In this document: positions 38,909 through 49,279 of the stretch, piece after piece
Layout: each line of letters begins with the position of its first letter
How positions within the stretch are numbered: position 1 is the first letter of the stretch
NCBI GenBank assembly: GCA_963705105.1
Contig: CAVPIW010000009.1
Location: forward strand, 294,896-358,895
Origin: an uncultured Nitrospiraceae bacterium
GTDB taxonomy: Bacteria; Nitrospirota; Thermodesulfovibrionia; Thermodesulfovibrionales; Dissulfurispiraceae
Length of the DNA stretch: 64,000 bases
Direction: 5' to 3'
Translations under genes and position numbers: made by a program
The notes under the pieces: model-generated
What the model saw: only the letters and a program-made list of their open reading frames with translations
What the model was told of the DNA's origin: nothing
Database searches by the model: none

Positions 38909-39808
38909 TCACTTCTCCATGTCCCTGTCGATGACGACCGCATCGAGATCGTGATGTTCCCTGAGATGTTTTTTCACCTCCTCGACGATGACCGGCGACC
39001 GGTGTTTGCCGCCCGTGCAGCCCACGCCGATGACGAGGTAGGTTTTGCCCTCCCTGATGAAGAGCGGGATCAGGAAATCGAGGAACGGAAGGACATGGCC
39101 GAAAAAGCGGTGCGTTTCCTCCTGGTTCATCACAAAGGACGAAACGGGAGGGTCCGTTCCCCTGAGGGGCTTCAGTTCGGGAACGAAGTACGGGTTGGGA
39201 AGAAACCTGACATCGAAGAGGAGGTCGAGGTTCTGGGGCACGCCGAACTTGTACCCGAAAGACAGGAGGGTGACACGGAGGCGCTGTTTCGATGTCGTCC
39301 GTCCGTATGTCGTTGTGATGAGCTGTCGCAGCTGGTGAGGCGTAAAATTGGATGTGTCGATGATCCGGTCTGCGGACTCCCGCACCTCGGAGAGGAGCCG
39401 CCGTTCCTCACCGACGGCGATCTCGATGCTCCTCTTGCCGCTGATGGACACCATCGGGTGGGGGCGCCTCGTCTCATTGTACCGCCTGATGATGATGTCG
39501 TCATCGGCCTCGAGGAACAGGATCTCCACGGAGTGGGGTTTCTTCTTCGCCGTCCCTCCGGCGCTTTTCAGCCGCGCGAGGATGCCGTAAGAACTCTTGA
39601 AAAACTCCTTCTCCCTGACATCGAGGCCGATGCCGATCTTCTTGATGCCGCCGTCCCGGGGAATGGTTTTCAGGAACGACTCGATGAGGCTGACGGGCAG
39701 GTTGTCGATGCAGTAGTACCCGCTGTCCTCGAGCGCCTTGAGAGTGACGCTCTTGCCGGCGCCCGAGAGACCGGTGACGACGATGACCTCGACCGACGCG
39801 GGTTCCAT
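38909..39808 (-). CDS. rapZ: RNase adapter RapZ-like P-loop protein
   Basis: VTGLSGAGKS, IDNLP, ETRRPHP, SFGYKFG, DVRFLPNP, GCTGGKHRS. Confidence 0.95.
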   Translation of the reverse strand: MEPASVEVIVVTGLSGAGKSVTLKALEDSGYYCIDNLPVSLIESFLKTIPRDGGIKKIGIGLDVREKEFFKSSYGILARLKSAGGTAKKKPHSVEILFLEADDDIIIRRYNETRRPHPMVSISGKRSIEIAVGEERRLLSEVRESADRIIDTSNFTPHQLRQLITTTYGRTTSKQRLRVTLLSFGYKFGVPQNLDLLFDVRFLPNPYFVPELKPLRGTDPPVSSFVMNQEETHRFFGHVLPFLDFLIPLFIREGKTYLVIGVGCTGGKHRSPVIVEEVKKHLREHHDLDAVVIDRDMEK

Positions 39809-39830
39809 CTGCGTCTACCGTCCGGTTGAA

Positions 39831-40020
39831 TGAAAAACCGGAACGAAGTGCCTCAAAGCCCTGCTGATAGCGAGCATGATCATTTGGAATCGGACATTCG
39901 GGGTCCCAGCCTTCATGTCATGAACAGTACGCCTGAAGTGATCGTCATGGGACGGCAGAGGTTTCGCAGCACCAAGGCTTTTCGGCATCTTCGCCCCGCC
40001 TTTCCGGAGGTCCTATTGCA
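39831..40020. repeat. Mosaic repeat element
   Basis: Left arm AAGTGCCTCAAAGCC..GCTGATAGCGA matches the reverse complement of 45359-45400; right arm matches the reverse complement of 38713-38785. Confidence 0.7.
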
Positions 40021-40029
40021 TACCAGGGT

Positions 40030-40551
40030 CTATCTCGTCGGTTCGATCAGCCCGTAATTGCTGTCCTTGCGGCGGTAGACGACGTTGATGTCTCCGCTCG
40101 ACTCGTTGGCGAAGACGAAGAAGTCCTTGTCGAGGAGGTCCATCTGGTGCACGGCCTCTTCGGGACTCATGGGTTTCATGTCGAACCTCTTGTGCTTGAT
40201 GATCCTGCCCCGCTCCGGGGCCTCGAACATCTCGGCGGCGCCTGCCTTTTTCTCGCCCTTCCGGTAGGAGTGCATCTTTTCCTTGTACTTCTTGACCTGC
40301 TTCTCCAGTTTTTCGACGACATCGTCGATGGAGGAGTAGATCTCACCCGTGACACCCTCCGCCTGTATCATCATCCCGTTTACCTTCAGGAGCACTTCCG
40401 CCTTATGCCTGTACTTCTGGACGGTGAGCGTCACGACCGCCTCTGATATGTTCGAAAGGTATTTCTCAAACCTGCCGATCTTTTCCTCGGCATACGTCTT
40501 GAGGGCCGGTGTAATTTCGAGCTGACGGCCATTCACGATAATATTCATCAT
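40030..40551 (-). CDS. hpf: Ribosome hibernation promoting factor (long HPF)
   Basis: GRQLEITPALK.Y..EK; KPMSPEEAV.QM; NVVYRRKD.NYGLIE. Confidence 0.93.
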   Translation of the reverse strand: MMNIIVNGRQLEITPALKTYAEEKIGRFEKYLSNISEAVVTLTVQKYRHKAEVLLKVNGMMIQAEGVTGEIYSSIDDVVEKLEKQVKKYKEKMHSYRKGEKKAGAAEMFEAPERGRIIKHKRFDMKPMSPEEAVHQMDLLDKDFFVFANESSGDINVVYRRKDSNYGLIEPTR

Positions 40552-40588
40552 TCTCCTCCCTTTCGCAAAGATTGCTCAGCCTACGGTT

Positions 40589-42097
40589 TCAGAAGAAAAA
40601 CTCAAACACGGCATGGCGAACAGCCACGGGAAGGGCTTCACGGCCCCTTCTCGAACCGCTTCCTCTGGTTCTGGGGGGGATCCTCAATTCCTCCCGGTAC
40701 TTCGCCACCGTTCTCCGGGCTATGCTGATATTGGCGGATTTCAGCATTTCGGCGATCGCCTGGTCGCTGAGGGGTTTGGAGTGGTCCTCATCGGCGACGA
40801 TCTTCTTCATGATGTCCTTCACCGAAAACGATGAAACGTCCCCCCCCTTTTCGGAATGGAGCGCGCTGCTGAAAAAGAAACGGAAGCTGAAGACCCCGTG
40901 ATCACAGGAAAGGTACTTGTTCGACGTGACACGGCTGATCGTGCTTTCGTGCATGCTGATGTCAAGGGCGACATCCTTGAGATTGAGCGGCTTCAACTGC
41001 TGGATGCCGCCGTCGAAGAATTCCCTCTGGAACTTGAGAATGCTCTCCGACACCCGGAAGATCGTCTTATTCCTCTGACTGAGGCTCTTCATCAGTTCCG
41101 TCGCGAGCCGCAGTTTCTCCCGCATGAATTCCCGCTCCTCCTTGGTGAACATCTCCCTCTGCTGAAGCAGCTTCCGGTAACTGTGATTCAGGCGAAGCTT
41201 CGGGATGCTGTCGTCGTTTAGAACGATCTGGTATCCCTCGTCGGATTTGCTGATGTACACGTCCGGGGTGATGTAGTTGACGTCGCCGACGGAAAAATTC
41301 CTGCCCGGTTTCGGCTCCAGCCCCTCGATAACCCGGACTGCGGCCATGACCTCATCGGGCGTCACGCCGTACATTTTCGCTATCTGGCCGTATTTTCTTT
41401 TCTGGAGATCGTCAAGGTTCTGCTCGACTATCTTCTGGACGAGCGTATCCTCCAGGTCGAGGGCGGCGATCTGGAGGCTGAGACATTCCCGGAGATTCCG
41501 GGCACCGACGCCTATGGGGTCGAATTCATGGATCAGCCGTATTGCCGACAGGATCGTTTCCGGATCAGATCCCGTCGCCTGCGCCAGTTCCTCCTCCGAC
41601 GACCTCAGGTACCCGTCTTCATCGATATTGCCGATGACGTTCTCGGCGATCCTCCTCACGGAGTCATCGGCCCTGCTCAGCCTGAGCTGCCAGAGCAGGT
41701 GGTCCGCGAGTCCGGGCTGGCGGGAATAGAACAGCTCATAGGACGGCTGGTCTTCCGTGCCCGGCGAGAAATAGCCGAGGTCCCTGCCGTCGCTGCTCCG
41801 GTCCGCAAAATAATCGTCGACGGTGAAATTGAAAGTAAGGAGACTTTCAAAGGGCGCCTCGGGCTCGTCCGTCGAGGCGGCCTGGGGAGTGTTCTCACCC
41901 TGGTCATCCTCCCGGTACTCCTCCCGCTCCGCCTCTTCGACGTGCTCCTCCAGGAAAGGATTCTCCGTGAGCTCCTGGTTCAGCACCTGGGCAAGTTCGA
42001 GCTGGGGCATCTGGAGGAGCTTGATCGCCTGCTGCAGTTGCGGCGTGAGGATCAGCTTCTGCGTGAGCCGGAGGTCTAATTTGCTTTCAAGGGCCAT
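40589..42097 (-). CDS. rpoN: RNA polymerase sigma-54 factor; apparent 1-nt deletion at 40673-40679, expected stop at 40638
   Basis: LTPQLQQAIKLLQ, HESTISRVT, RpoN box ARRTVAKYRE. Confidence 0.95.
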   Translation of the reverse strand: MALESKLDLRLTQKLILTPQLQQAIKLLQMPQLELAQVLNQELTENPFLEEHVEEAEREEYREDDQGENTPQAASTDEPEAPFESLLTFNFTVDDYFADRSSDGRDLGYFSPGTEDQPSYELFYSRQPGLADHLLWQLRLSRADDSVRRIAENVIGNIDEDGYLRSSEEELAQATGSDPETILSAIRLIHEFDPIGVGARNLRECLSLQIAALDLEDTLVQKIVEQNLDDLQKRKYGQIAKMYGVTPDEVMAAVRVIEGLEPKPGRNFSVGDVNYITPDVYISKSDEGYQIVLNDDSIPKLRLNHSYRKLLQQREMFTKEEREFMREKLRLATELMKSLSQRNKTIFRVSESILKFQREFFDGGIQQLKPLNLKDVALDISMHESTISRVTSNKYLSCDHGVFSFRFFFSSALHSEKGGDVSSFSVKDIMKKIVADEDHSKPLSDQAIAEMLKSANISIARRTVAKYREELRIPPRTRGSGSRRGREALPVAVRHAVFEFFF

Positions 42098-42855
42098 TAG
42101 AGCCGGAACTCCTCTCCGAGGTACGCTTCCTTGACGGCGGGATTCTCGATGAGATCCTCCGCGGTCCCTGTGGCGAGCACCTCTCCGTCATGGATGATGT
42201 AGGCCCTGTCCGTTATGGACAGCGTCTCCCTGACATTGTGATCGGTGATGAGAAGGCCCAGTCCCTTTGTCCTGAGATAGGTGAGCGTTTTTTTCAGCTC
42301 GACGATCGCAATGGGGTCAATGCCCGCAAAGGGCTCATCGAAGAGGAGAAAAGTCGGGTGCAGGGCGATCGCCCGCGCGATCTCGGCGCGGCGGCGCTCA
42401 CCGCCCGACAGCCGGTAGCCGTTTCTGTCCGCAAAGGAACGGAGCCCGAATTCATCGAGGAGTCTCTCCACGTCCTCATCGCGGGTTGCGCCGTTTCCGT
42501 TCCGGCCCGTCGTCTCCCTGATCTCGAGGACGGCTTCCAGGTTCTGCCGCACCGTCAGCTTTCTGAAGATGGACGGCTCCTGGGGCAGATAGCCGATGCC
42601 CTTCCGCGCCCTCTCGTACATGGGGAGCTTCATGACGCTCTCTCCGTCGAGGAGGATGTCCCCGTCTTCGGGCTTGATGAGTCCGACGACCATGTAAAAG
42701 GTGGTCGTCTTGCCGGCGCCGTTCGGCCCGAGGAGGCCCACGATCTCACCCGTACCGACGGAGATATCCACGCCCTTCACGACGTGCCTCCTGCCGTATG
42801 TTTTCGACAGCCCCCTGATATCAAGCCTGTGTGAGGGAGTTTCCTGCATTGTCAT
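42097..42855 (-). CDS. lptB: LPS export ABC ATPase
   Basis: GPNGAGKTTTFYM, YLPQEPSIF, LSGGERRR, DEPFAGIDP, TDHNVRETL. Confidence 0.95.
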   Translation of the reverse strand: MTMQETPSHRLDIRGLSKTYGRRHVVKGVDISVGTGEIVGLLGPNGAGKTTTFYMVVGLIKPEDGDILLDGESVMKLPMYERARKGIGYLPQEPSIFRKLTVRQNLEAVLEIRETTGRNGNGATRDEDVERLLDEFGLRSFADRNGYRLSGGERRRAEIARAIALHPTFLLFDEPFAGIDPIAIVELKKTLTYLRTKGLGLLITDHNVRETLSITDRAYIIHDGEVLATGTAEDLIENPAVKEAYLGEEFRL

Positions 42856-42934
42856 TCTTATTATGTCGTGACTGTCCGTTTATTCTGAAACATATTCACC
42901 TCACCAATGACTACGTAAGCAACACCACATCCCT

Positions 42935-42992
42935 GTCATTCCCGCTTGTCGGGAATCTTTCTTAAGAAGGATCCCGGACGAGCCGGGATGAC
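42935..42992. repeat. REP-like palindrome
   Basis: GTCATTCCCG..CGGGAATC...GATCCCGG..CCGGGATGAC. Confidence 0.65.
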
Positions 42993-43062
42993 AACAAAAG
43001 CGGAACTGAATCATGTCACCTTGTCATCGACCTCCCTGGTACCTTCACGTTGAATGGACCGT

Positions 43063-43584
43063 TCACTTCTTCTTTCCTTTCGTGACGAGGAACACCTTGC
43101 TGTTCTCGACGACCGATCGGTCGTCCTTTACGAAATAGGTCATCTTCGAGCCTGTCACGATGTTTTCGCCCTCCGAGGCCCTCGGGTCACCGGTGAACAC
43201 GACCTTCTCCTCCGGTTCGGTGAAATAGGTGGATGCACGGGCGGTGATCACCCGATCGCCCTTGACGAGCTTCACATTCCCCTCGGATTCGATTTTTTTG
43301 ATCGAGCTTCCTCCCCCCTCGTCCCCGTAGTACACGAGCATCCTGTCCGCATAGAGCGTCACATCGCTTCTCTTCACCACGACGTTTCCGTCGAAGAGCG
43401 CCGTCTTCGCCTTGTTGTCGGCGGTGAGACTCTGCGATGTGATCACCGTCTGCTCCTTCGCGTCCTTCTTCTCGGCGCCGGAACTGAACCCGCCCAAGCC
43501 CACAAGAAATGCGACGACGCAGGACACGACAAGACCAACCTTCCTTGCTCTTGTGAGGCCCCTGCCGCTCCGTGCCGCGCTCAT
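43063..43584 (-). CDS. lptA: LPS transport periplasmic protein LptA
   Basis: FDGNVVV, LYADRM.VYY, EGNVK, TGDPR; position between lptC and lptB. Confidence 0.85.
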   Translation of the reverse strand: MSAARSGRGLTRARKVGLVVSCVVAFLVGLGGFSSGAEKKDAKEQTVITSQSLTADNKAKTALFDGNVVVKRSDVTLYADRMLVYYGDEGGGSSIKKIESEGNVKLVKGDRVITARASTYFTEPEEKVVFTGDPRASEGENIVTGSKMTYFVKDDRSVVENSKVFLVTKGKKK

Positions 43585-44138
43585 CTCGGCCCTTCCTTTT
43601 TTATGTCTCTGTTTCCTTTGTCCGGTCCGACACCTTCGAATACCGCCTTTACATTGTTCTCGAGGGTCGCCTTTTCCTTCGTCGCCCGCAGCGTGTCACC
43701 TTCGATATGGAACTTCTTCCCTGTGATGGAGACCCTCTTGTCCGAGACCAGCTCATTCTTCGATGAATCCCACAGGAGGGACTCGGCGGAAATATTGTAG
43801 TCATCCGTCGAGGCACGGATGTTGCCGTCGATCCGGAGGTCTCTCTTTTCGATGTTGAACCTGCCGCCGTCTGCCGTCAGGGTAAGCTCCTTCTGGGGAA
43901 ACTCGATGGTGATATCGGAGAGCCTCACATCATTGGCATCTGCAAAGACGGCCTGTTTTGCCGCCAGTGCCCACGCGACGGCGCCGTCCTTTTTCTGGGT
44001 GATCCTGACATCGTCCATATAGGATTGATCGGCGAGCCTGATTTTCAGCTTCATGTCCCTGTCCTGGTTCACGTAGAGTGCGACGACAACGAAGAGGACC
44101 AGGGAGACCACTATAAAGACGAGTCTCTTCATATTCAA
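43581..44138 (-). CDS. lptC: LPS export protein LptC
   Basis: N-terminal TM plus beta-jellyroll-like sequence; operon position. Confidence 0.75.
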   Translation of the reverse strand: MNMKRLVFIVVSLVLFVVVALYVNQDRDMKLKIRLADQSYMDDVRITQKKDGAVAWALAAKQAVFADANDVRLSDITIEFPQKELTLTADGGRFNIEKRDLRIDGNIRASTDDYNISAESLLWDSSKNELVSDKRVSITGKKFHIEGDTLRATKEKATLENNVKAVFEGVGPDKGNRDIKKEGPR

Positions 44139-44173
44139 ATATTACCACAGGAAAGGGGGCTTGTAAAGGCAAA

Positions 44174-45043
44174 TTATGTGCCAGACTTTTTCACCGCCCC
44201 TTCAAGGGCCCCTCTCATGACCCCGACAGGGGGAGCGATGCCCGTCCAGATCTCGAAGGCATAGACACCCTGCCAGAGAAGCATGCCCAACCCGTTCATG
44301 GTGATGCACCCTGCCTCCTTCGCCTTCTGAAGAAGGGGCGTCTGACCGTAGATAAGGTCACAGACGACCTGTCCCTCCCGCAGGAAAGATGAGTCAAAGG
44401 GCAGGGGATCATCGGGCTTCAGCCCGAGGGGTGTGGCATTGATCACGATGCCCGCCTGTGACAGGAAATCCCTGTCCCCTGTCATCTCTGCCCCGGCAAC
44501 GGACACATTGCCCTTCACGGCGCCGAGATGACCGGCAAGGGCTTCGGCCTTTTCCCGGTCGAGGTCGCTGATGAAAAGACGGGATGCCAGCTCGGAGAGG
44601 TAATACCCGACGGCCCTGGATGCGCCTCCCGCGCCGATAATGAGCACATTACGCCCCCGGGCGTCGATCCCCTCTTCATCGAGGGATTTCATGAAACCCC
44701 TGCCGTCCGTGTTAAAACCCGTCAGCATGCCGTCCCTGTTGACGACGGTGTTGACGGCCCCGATGAAGGACGCCTCATCGCTCACCCCGTCAAGGGAGGA
44801 GATGACCCTTTCCTTGTGCGGGACCGTGACATTGATGCCCCTGATGCCGAGGGCCCTCACTCCCCCTATCGCCTCACCGAGCCTTTCCGGCCTGACGGGA
44901 AAGGCGACGTAGCACCAGTCAAGGCCCAGGTGGGCAAAGGCCGCGTTGTGCATCGCCGGAGAGATGCTGTGGTCCACGGGGAAACCGATGAGTCCCGTCA
45001 CCGCCGTTTTTCCGCTTATTGTCATAAGACCCCCCATGTCCAT
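44174..45043 (-). CDS. aroE: Shikimate dehydrogenase
   Basis: HSISPAMHN, NVTVPHK, GAVNT, NTDG.GF, GAGGA, MLLWQG. Confidence 0.95.
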   Translation of the reverse strand: MDMGGLMTISGKTAVTGLIGFPVDHSISPAMHNAAFAHLGLDWCYVAFPVRPERLGEAIGGVRALGIRGINVTVPHKERVISSLDGVSDEASFIGAVNTVVNRDGMLTGFNTDGRGFMKSLDEEGIDARGRNVLIIGAGGASRAVGYYLSELASRLFISDLDREKAEALAGHLGAVKGNVSVAGAEMTGDRDFLSQAGIVINATPLGLKPDDPLPFDSSFLREGQVVCDLIYGQTPLLQKAKEAGCITMNGLGMLLWQGVYAFEIWTGIAPPVGVMRGALEGAVKKSGT

Positions 45044-45072
45044 GTGTCAGCCACCCCTACCATACCATATAC

Positions 45073-45400
45073 CAGTTGCATGAAAAGGCGGGGAGAAGAT
45101 GCCGCGATGAAAGTCATTACGTTATTAGTCATTGAGTCATTAGACGGCAACCGGCGGAACAAGGCCACGAACAGGCGGGAGGGAAGGCTGATGTGGTGAA
45201 AAGCCTTTCCGCTAAGATACCCTATTCATCCCCGGACCACCCTTTGCCGTGTCTGTTGATATCACAAGTCCGTCAGGCAACAGGCGCTGAACACCCTAAA
45301 ATGTCTCATCATCGCATTGGAAAGGCTTTGAGCCATATTTGCCTTCCCGGAGACCGTATCGCTATCAGCCAGGCTTTGAGGCACTTTGTCCCGCCTTCTT
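45073..45400 (+). repeat. Mosaic repeat: arm B, 168-bp core (45181-45348) with 30-bp imperfect TIRs, arm D
   Basis: GGGAAGGCTGATGTGGTGAAAAGCCTTTCC...GGAAAGGCTTTGAGCCATATTTGCCTTCCC; core copies at 49112-49279 and 51577-51744. Confidence 0.85.
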
Positions 45401-45402
45401 AT

Positions 45403-46713
45403 TCAGCCGCTCCGGCCCCCGGCGCCCTTGAGGCCGGAAACCAGCCCGGAAGGGGTGGACTCGATGATAACGGCCCGGACGCCGAGCATGTCTTCGATGT
45501 CGTGCCGCGACACGTCGTCGAGAAAAATCTCTTCTCCCTCCCGCATGGTGACGTCCGGAATGAGAATGGTGTCCCCGGGCCGGACGATCCCGGCGAGGGC
45601 CTTCATAACGTCCCTCCCCGTGAGGAGACCGGTCACCGTGACGGAGGACCCGAAAAAACCGTTCCCCACGGCAACGAGCCGGATATCGGTGCCGTTTTTC
45701 CTGATCCGTTCCACAAAGGGGACAAGAAAAGGGAAAAAGGAAAGACCCGTAAAGGTGATGAACCGGCCCTCCGTTTTTTCCTGAGGGACCCTGACCCGCC
45801 TCGCGCTGTGGAGGAAAAAGGGGACGAGGCCGACGCCGTTTTCGATCTGCGGTGTATCGTCATACTGTGCGATCGGGGGGAAGGGAAGCTCCGCCTTGAT
45901 ATAGAGCTCGTCGGCGCCGTGCACGATGTGGACGCCGTGTTTCCTCTTAAAACGGTTCCGAAATTTGCCGATGGTCTCGAGGGCGTTCCTGGCATCGTCC
46001 TTCCCGACGGGAGTGACCTTCTTTTTCCTGTGGGTCGTCAGCCCGACAGGCACAACGGCGATGGACTGCACGTAGGGGAAAAATTTGTAGAGGTCCGCGA
46101 TGGTCTTTGCGAGAACCTTGCCGTCGTTATGGCCCGGGCAGAGGACGATCTGCGTATGCATGGCGATCCTGTGCTCGGCGAGAAACCGGATCTCGCGGAC
46201 GATGTCGGGAGCCCCGGCGTTGCCGAGCAGGGCGTTGCGGACGGCCTGGTCCGTCGCATGCACTGATATATAAAGAGGGCTGAGCCTCTGATCGACGATG
46301 CGCCTCTTGTCGTCGTCGGACAGGTTCGTCAGGGTGATGTAGTTCCCGTAGAGAAAGGACATGCGATAGTCCTCGTCCTTCAGGTACAGCGACTTCCGCA
46401 GTCCCTTCGGAAGCTGGGAGATGAAGCAGAAAAGGCACTTGTTCCTGCAGCTTTTCACCTTCATGGGCTTCGTCGTAATGCCCAGGTTGCCTGCGTACCC
46501 CTGTCCGGCGGGACATCCGACGGCTATGTCCTTGCCTTTCCTCCTGACGACGACCGATTCGACGGGCTCATCGCCGTGGAACAGGAGGTCGATGTCGTCC
46601 CTGACAGGGTGATCGTTCAGGGCGACGAGCCTGTCGTCGGGAAGGAGGCCCATTTGCTCGGCCGGGCTTCCCTTGCGGACTTCCTCGATCTCGACGCCGG
46701 GCTTACCGTTCAC
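45403..46713 (-). CDS. PDZ / radical SAM-like DUF512 protein
   Basis: N-terminal PDZ-like, CRNKCLFCF, KDEDYRMSFLYGNYITLTN, VVPVGLT. Confidence 0.88.
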   Translation of the reverse strand: MNGKPGVEIEEVRKGSPAEQMGLLPDDRLVALNDHPVRDDIDLLFHGDEPVESVVVRRKGKDIAVGCPAGQGYAGNLGITTKPMKVKSCRNKCLFCFISQLPKGLRKSLYLKDEDYRMSFLYGNYITLTNLSDDDKRRIVDQRLSPLYISVHATDQAVRNALLGNAGAPDIVREIRFLAEHRIAMHTQIVLCPGHNDGKVLAKTIADLYKFFPYVQSIAVVPVGLTTHRKKKVTPVGKDDARNALETIGKFRNRFKRKHGVHIVHGADELYIKAELPFPPIAQYDDTPQIENGVGLVPFFLHSARRVRVPQEKTEGRFITFTGLSFFPFLVPFVERIRKNGTDIRLVAVGNGFFGSSVTVTGLLTGRDVMKALAGIVRPGDTILIPDVTMREGEEIFLDDVSRHDIEDMLGVRAVIIESTPSGLVSGLKGAGGRSG

Positions 46714-47242
46714 TGGCCTGTCTCAGACCCCCATAGATGTACTGAAGTCCCGACACCGTCGTCAGGGCGGCAACGGTCCAGAAGACCCACCGGGGCGGTG
46801 ACGGGACCTGGCTGAAATTGATGGACAAAAGCACATAGGCGATGAGCACGCTCTGAGACGCGATGGCCGCTTTGCCCGTCACCGTCGGCTTCACCTTCGT
46901 GATGTCATACACGAGATAGAGGAGTACCCACCCGAGGACGACGATGATGTCGCGGCTGATGACGGTGATGGTGAGCCAGCGGGGAAGCCACCCGTAGACC
47001 GAGAGGAGGATGAAAGACGTAATGAGGAGGATCTTGTCCGCCAGGGGATCGAGAAAGGCCCCCAGTTTCGTCTGCTGGTTCGTCATGCGGGCAAGGAGAC
47101 CGTCAAGGGCGTCGCTCAAGCTGGCGATGACGAAGAGCAGCAGGGCGTACCGGAGCCTGTTGTAGACGAGGGCCGTCACAAAACCGGGGATGATCAGGAT
47201 CCTGATCGTCGTGATGGTGTTCGGGATGCTCCAGACTCTCAT
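46703..47242 (-). CDS. pgsA: CDP-alcohol phosphatidyltransferase (PgsA-like)
   Basis: PNTITTIR, SDALDGLLAR...GAFLDPLADK; ATG at 47242 overlaps the upstream TGA. Confidence 0.85.
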   Translation of the reverse strand: MRVWSIPNTITTIRILIIPGFVTALVYNRLRYALLLFVIASLSDALDGLLARMTNQQTKLGAFLDPLADKILLITSFILLSVYGWLPRWLTITVISRDIIVVLGWVLLYLVYDITKVKPTVTGKAAIASQSVLIAYVLLSINFSQVPSPPRWVFWTVAALTTVSGLQYIYGGLRQASER

Positions 47243-48336
47243 GGCATGGCGCTGGGGATCGAGGTCAGATCGACGGAGACGCCGATTTTCCGGTAGCAGG
47301 ACCGGTAGGGAGACGTGCCCTCTCCGCCGCTTCTCAGGAGATGCAGCAGGGTCCTGGCATGGCAAAGTTCGAGCTTGAACTGGTACTGTTCCGCCGATTC
47401 GAGGGCGGAGAGCAGGTGCTTTTCCGCATCCTTCACCCTGCCCCGCATGAACGCCATTTCGCCGAGGCTCAGGAGACAGTAGATCATGCCCCTGGGGTCC
47501 TTCGTGGCCTGAAAGTTCTTTCTCGCCATGGCGATGTACCGCCTGCCCTGATCGAGTTCACCTTCCATCTTGTGGACGTTCGCGATGCTCCAGAGGGTGT
47601 AGGAGTAACTGACCCTGTCGCCCATGTCGTCGTACAGGGCCGAGGCCTTTTGAAAGTGACCGCCCGCCTCGCCGAACTTCCCTGTCATGCGAAAGGCGTT
47701 TCCGATGCCGCAGTGGGAATAGGCCATGCCGAAACGGTCTCCCAGTTTCCGGAAAATCCCGTTCGCCTTCCTGTAATAGTCAAGGGACTCCCTGTACCTC
47801 CCGGCAACGCGGTGTGTGCCCCCGAGACCGCAGAGCGCATAGGCAACACCGGACGTGAACGAGGCCGACGAAAACATCTCCCGTGATTCCTCGAACTTCC
47901 CGATGGCCCGGGAAATGTCCCCCCCGACCCGGAGGGCCCCCGCCTCGGCCCAGATTGAAAAGGCGACCCCTTTCGTGTCCTTCTCCCTCCGGTACACCGA
48001 CCGGGCCTTGGTCGCAAACCGGATCGCCTTTTTCCACATACCGAGGGCCCTGAGCGAAAGGCCGAGGCCGACCATCGCGTCAGCCGCCGAAAGACTGTCA
48101 CCGAGGGCCTCGCAGAGATCGAGGGCCTCCTCGTAGTTTTCGACTGCGACGGCAAAGTCGCCCGTCATCCGGCTCACATCGGCAACGGCGATCGTCGCGT
48201 CAAGGGCGCCGTGAAGATCTCCCGCGGCCCTGCTCAGCGCCAGGGCCCTCCGGAAAAGCTTTCGGGCCTCTCCGTAGTGTGCGTCCTGCCGCAGCGCCTC
48301 GGCTTTGCTCATCAATGCGTAAATTTTCTCCTGCAC
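47239..48336 (-). CDS. Tetratricopeptide repeat protein
   Basis: Repeated A...G.G...R..G.F..A...Y..A helical units. Confidence 0.8.
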   Translation of the reverse strand: MQEKIYALMSKAEALRQDAHYGEARKLFRRALALSRAAGDLHGALDATIAVADVSRMTGDFAVAVENYEEALDLCEALGDSLSAADAMVGLGLSLRALGMWKKAIRFATKARSVYRREKDTKGVAFSIWAEAGALRVGGDISRAIGKFEESREMFSSASFTSGVAYALCGLGGTHRVAGRYRESLDYYRKANGIFRKLGDRFGMAYSHCGIGNAFRMTGKFGEAGGHFQKASALYDDMGDRVSYSYTLWSIANVHKMEGELDQGRRYIAMARKNFQATKDPRGMIYCLLSLGEMAFMRGRVKDAEKHLLSALESAEQYQFKLELCHARTLLHLLRSGGEGTSPYRSCYRKIGVSVDLTSIPSAMP

Positions 48337-48347
48337 TGTTCTCCCCC

Positions 48348-49010
48348 CTAACGCCGTCCGTCGAGAAGTTCGCGCATCCGGCTTATGATCTGGCCGTAAT
48401 CGCCTGATCCGAAGAAGGCCGAGCCCATGACGAGGATATCCGCTCCCGCATCGGCGATGTCGCGGGCGTTCGACAGCTTCACGCCCCCGTCGACCTCGAT
48501 GGAGACGGACAGCCCCCTTTGGGCGTTCATTGTCCGGAGTGCCCTGATTTTGTCGAGCGTGGCGGGGATGAACTCCTGGCCCCCGAATCCCGGATTGACG
48601 GACATGATGAGAACCATGTCGAGATCGGGCAGGATGTGCTCGAGGCTCCAGACAGGCGTCGCCGGGTTGAGCGAAACACCGGCCTTGATGCCGCTTTCGC
48701 GTATCCAGAACACCGTCCTGTGGAGATGGGTGGACGCCTCCTGGTGGACGGTGATGAAATCTGCACCGGCACGGATGAAGTCGCCGAGGAACTTGTCAGG
48801 GTCCTCGATCATCAGGTGCACGTCAAGGGGCAGGGAGGTGATGCCCCGGATCGCCTCGACGATGGCGGGACCGATGGTGATGTTCGGCACGAAATGCCCG
48901 TCCATGACATCGAGATGGATCATGTCGGCCCCGGACTCCTCGACGGCCCTGATCTCGTCTCCGAGCCTCATGAAATCAGCGGATAGAATGGAAGGCGCTA
49001 TTCTGATCAC
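48348..49010 (-). CDS. rpe: Ribulose-phosphate 3-epimerase
   Basis: IAPSILSAD, HLDVMDGHFVPN, MSVNPGFGGQ, EVDGG. Confidence 0.97.
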   Translation of the reverse strand: MIRIAPSILSADFMRLGDEIRAVEESGADMIHLDVMDGHFVPNITIGPAIVEAIRGITSLPLDVHLMIEDPDKFLGDFIRAGADFITVHQEASTHLHRTVFWIRESGIKAGVSLNPATPVWSLEHILPDLDMVLIMSVNPGFGGQEFIPATLDKIRALRTMNAQRGLSVSIEVDGGVKLSNARDIADAGADILVMGSAFFGSGDYGQIISRMRELLDGRR

Positions 49011-49049
49011 GGGTCCTCCTCACTGCCGGTCTGTCCACTTTCTATTGGG

Positions 49050-49279
49050 TTCGTTACATCAAAAGGCGGGGTGAAACGCCTCAGATCCTTGTTGATAGTG
49101 ACGCGCCGCCGGGGAAGGCAAATATGGTTCAAAACCTTTCCAATGCGATGATGAGACATCTCAAGATGTTCAGCGCCTGTTGCCTGACGGAATTTTGGCA
49201 TCAATAGACACGGCAAAGGGTGGTCTGGTGACAAATAGGGTATCTTAGCGGAAAGGCTTTTCACCACATCAGCCTTCCC
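49050..49279 (-). repeat. Mosaic repeat: 168-bp core (49112-49279) plus arm D
   Basis: Inverted copy of 45181-45400. Confidence 0.85.
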
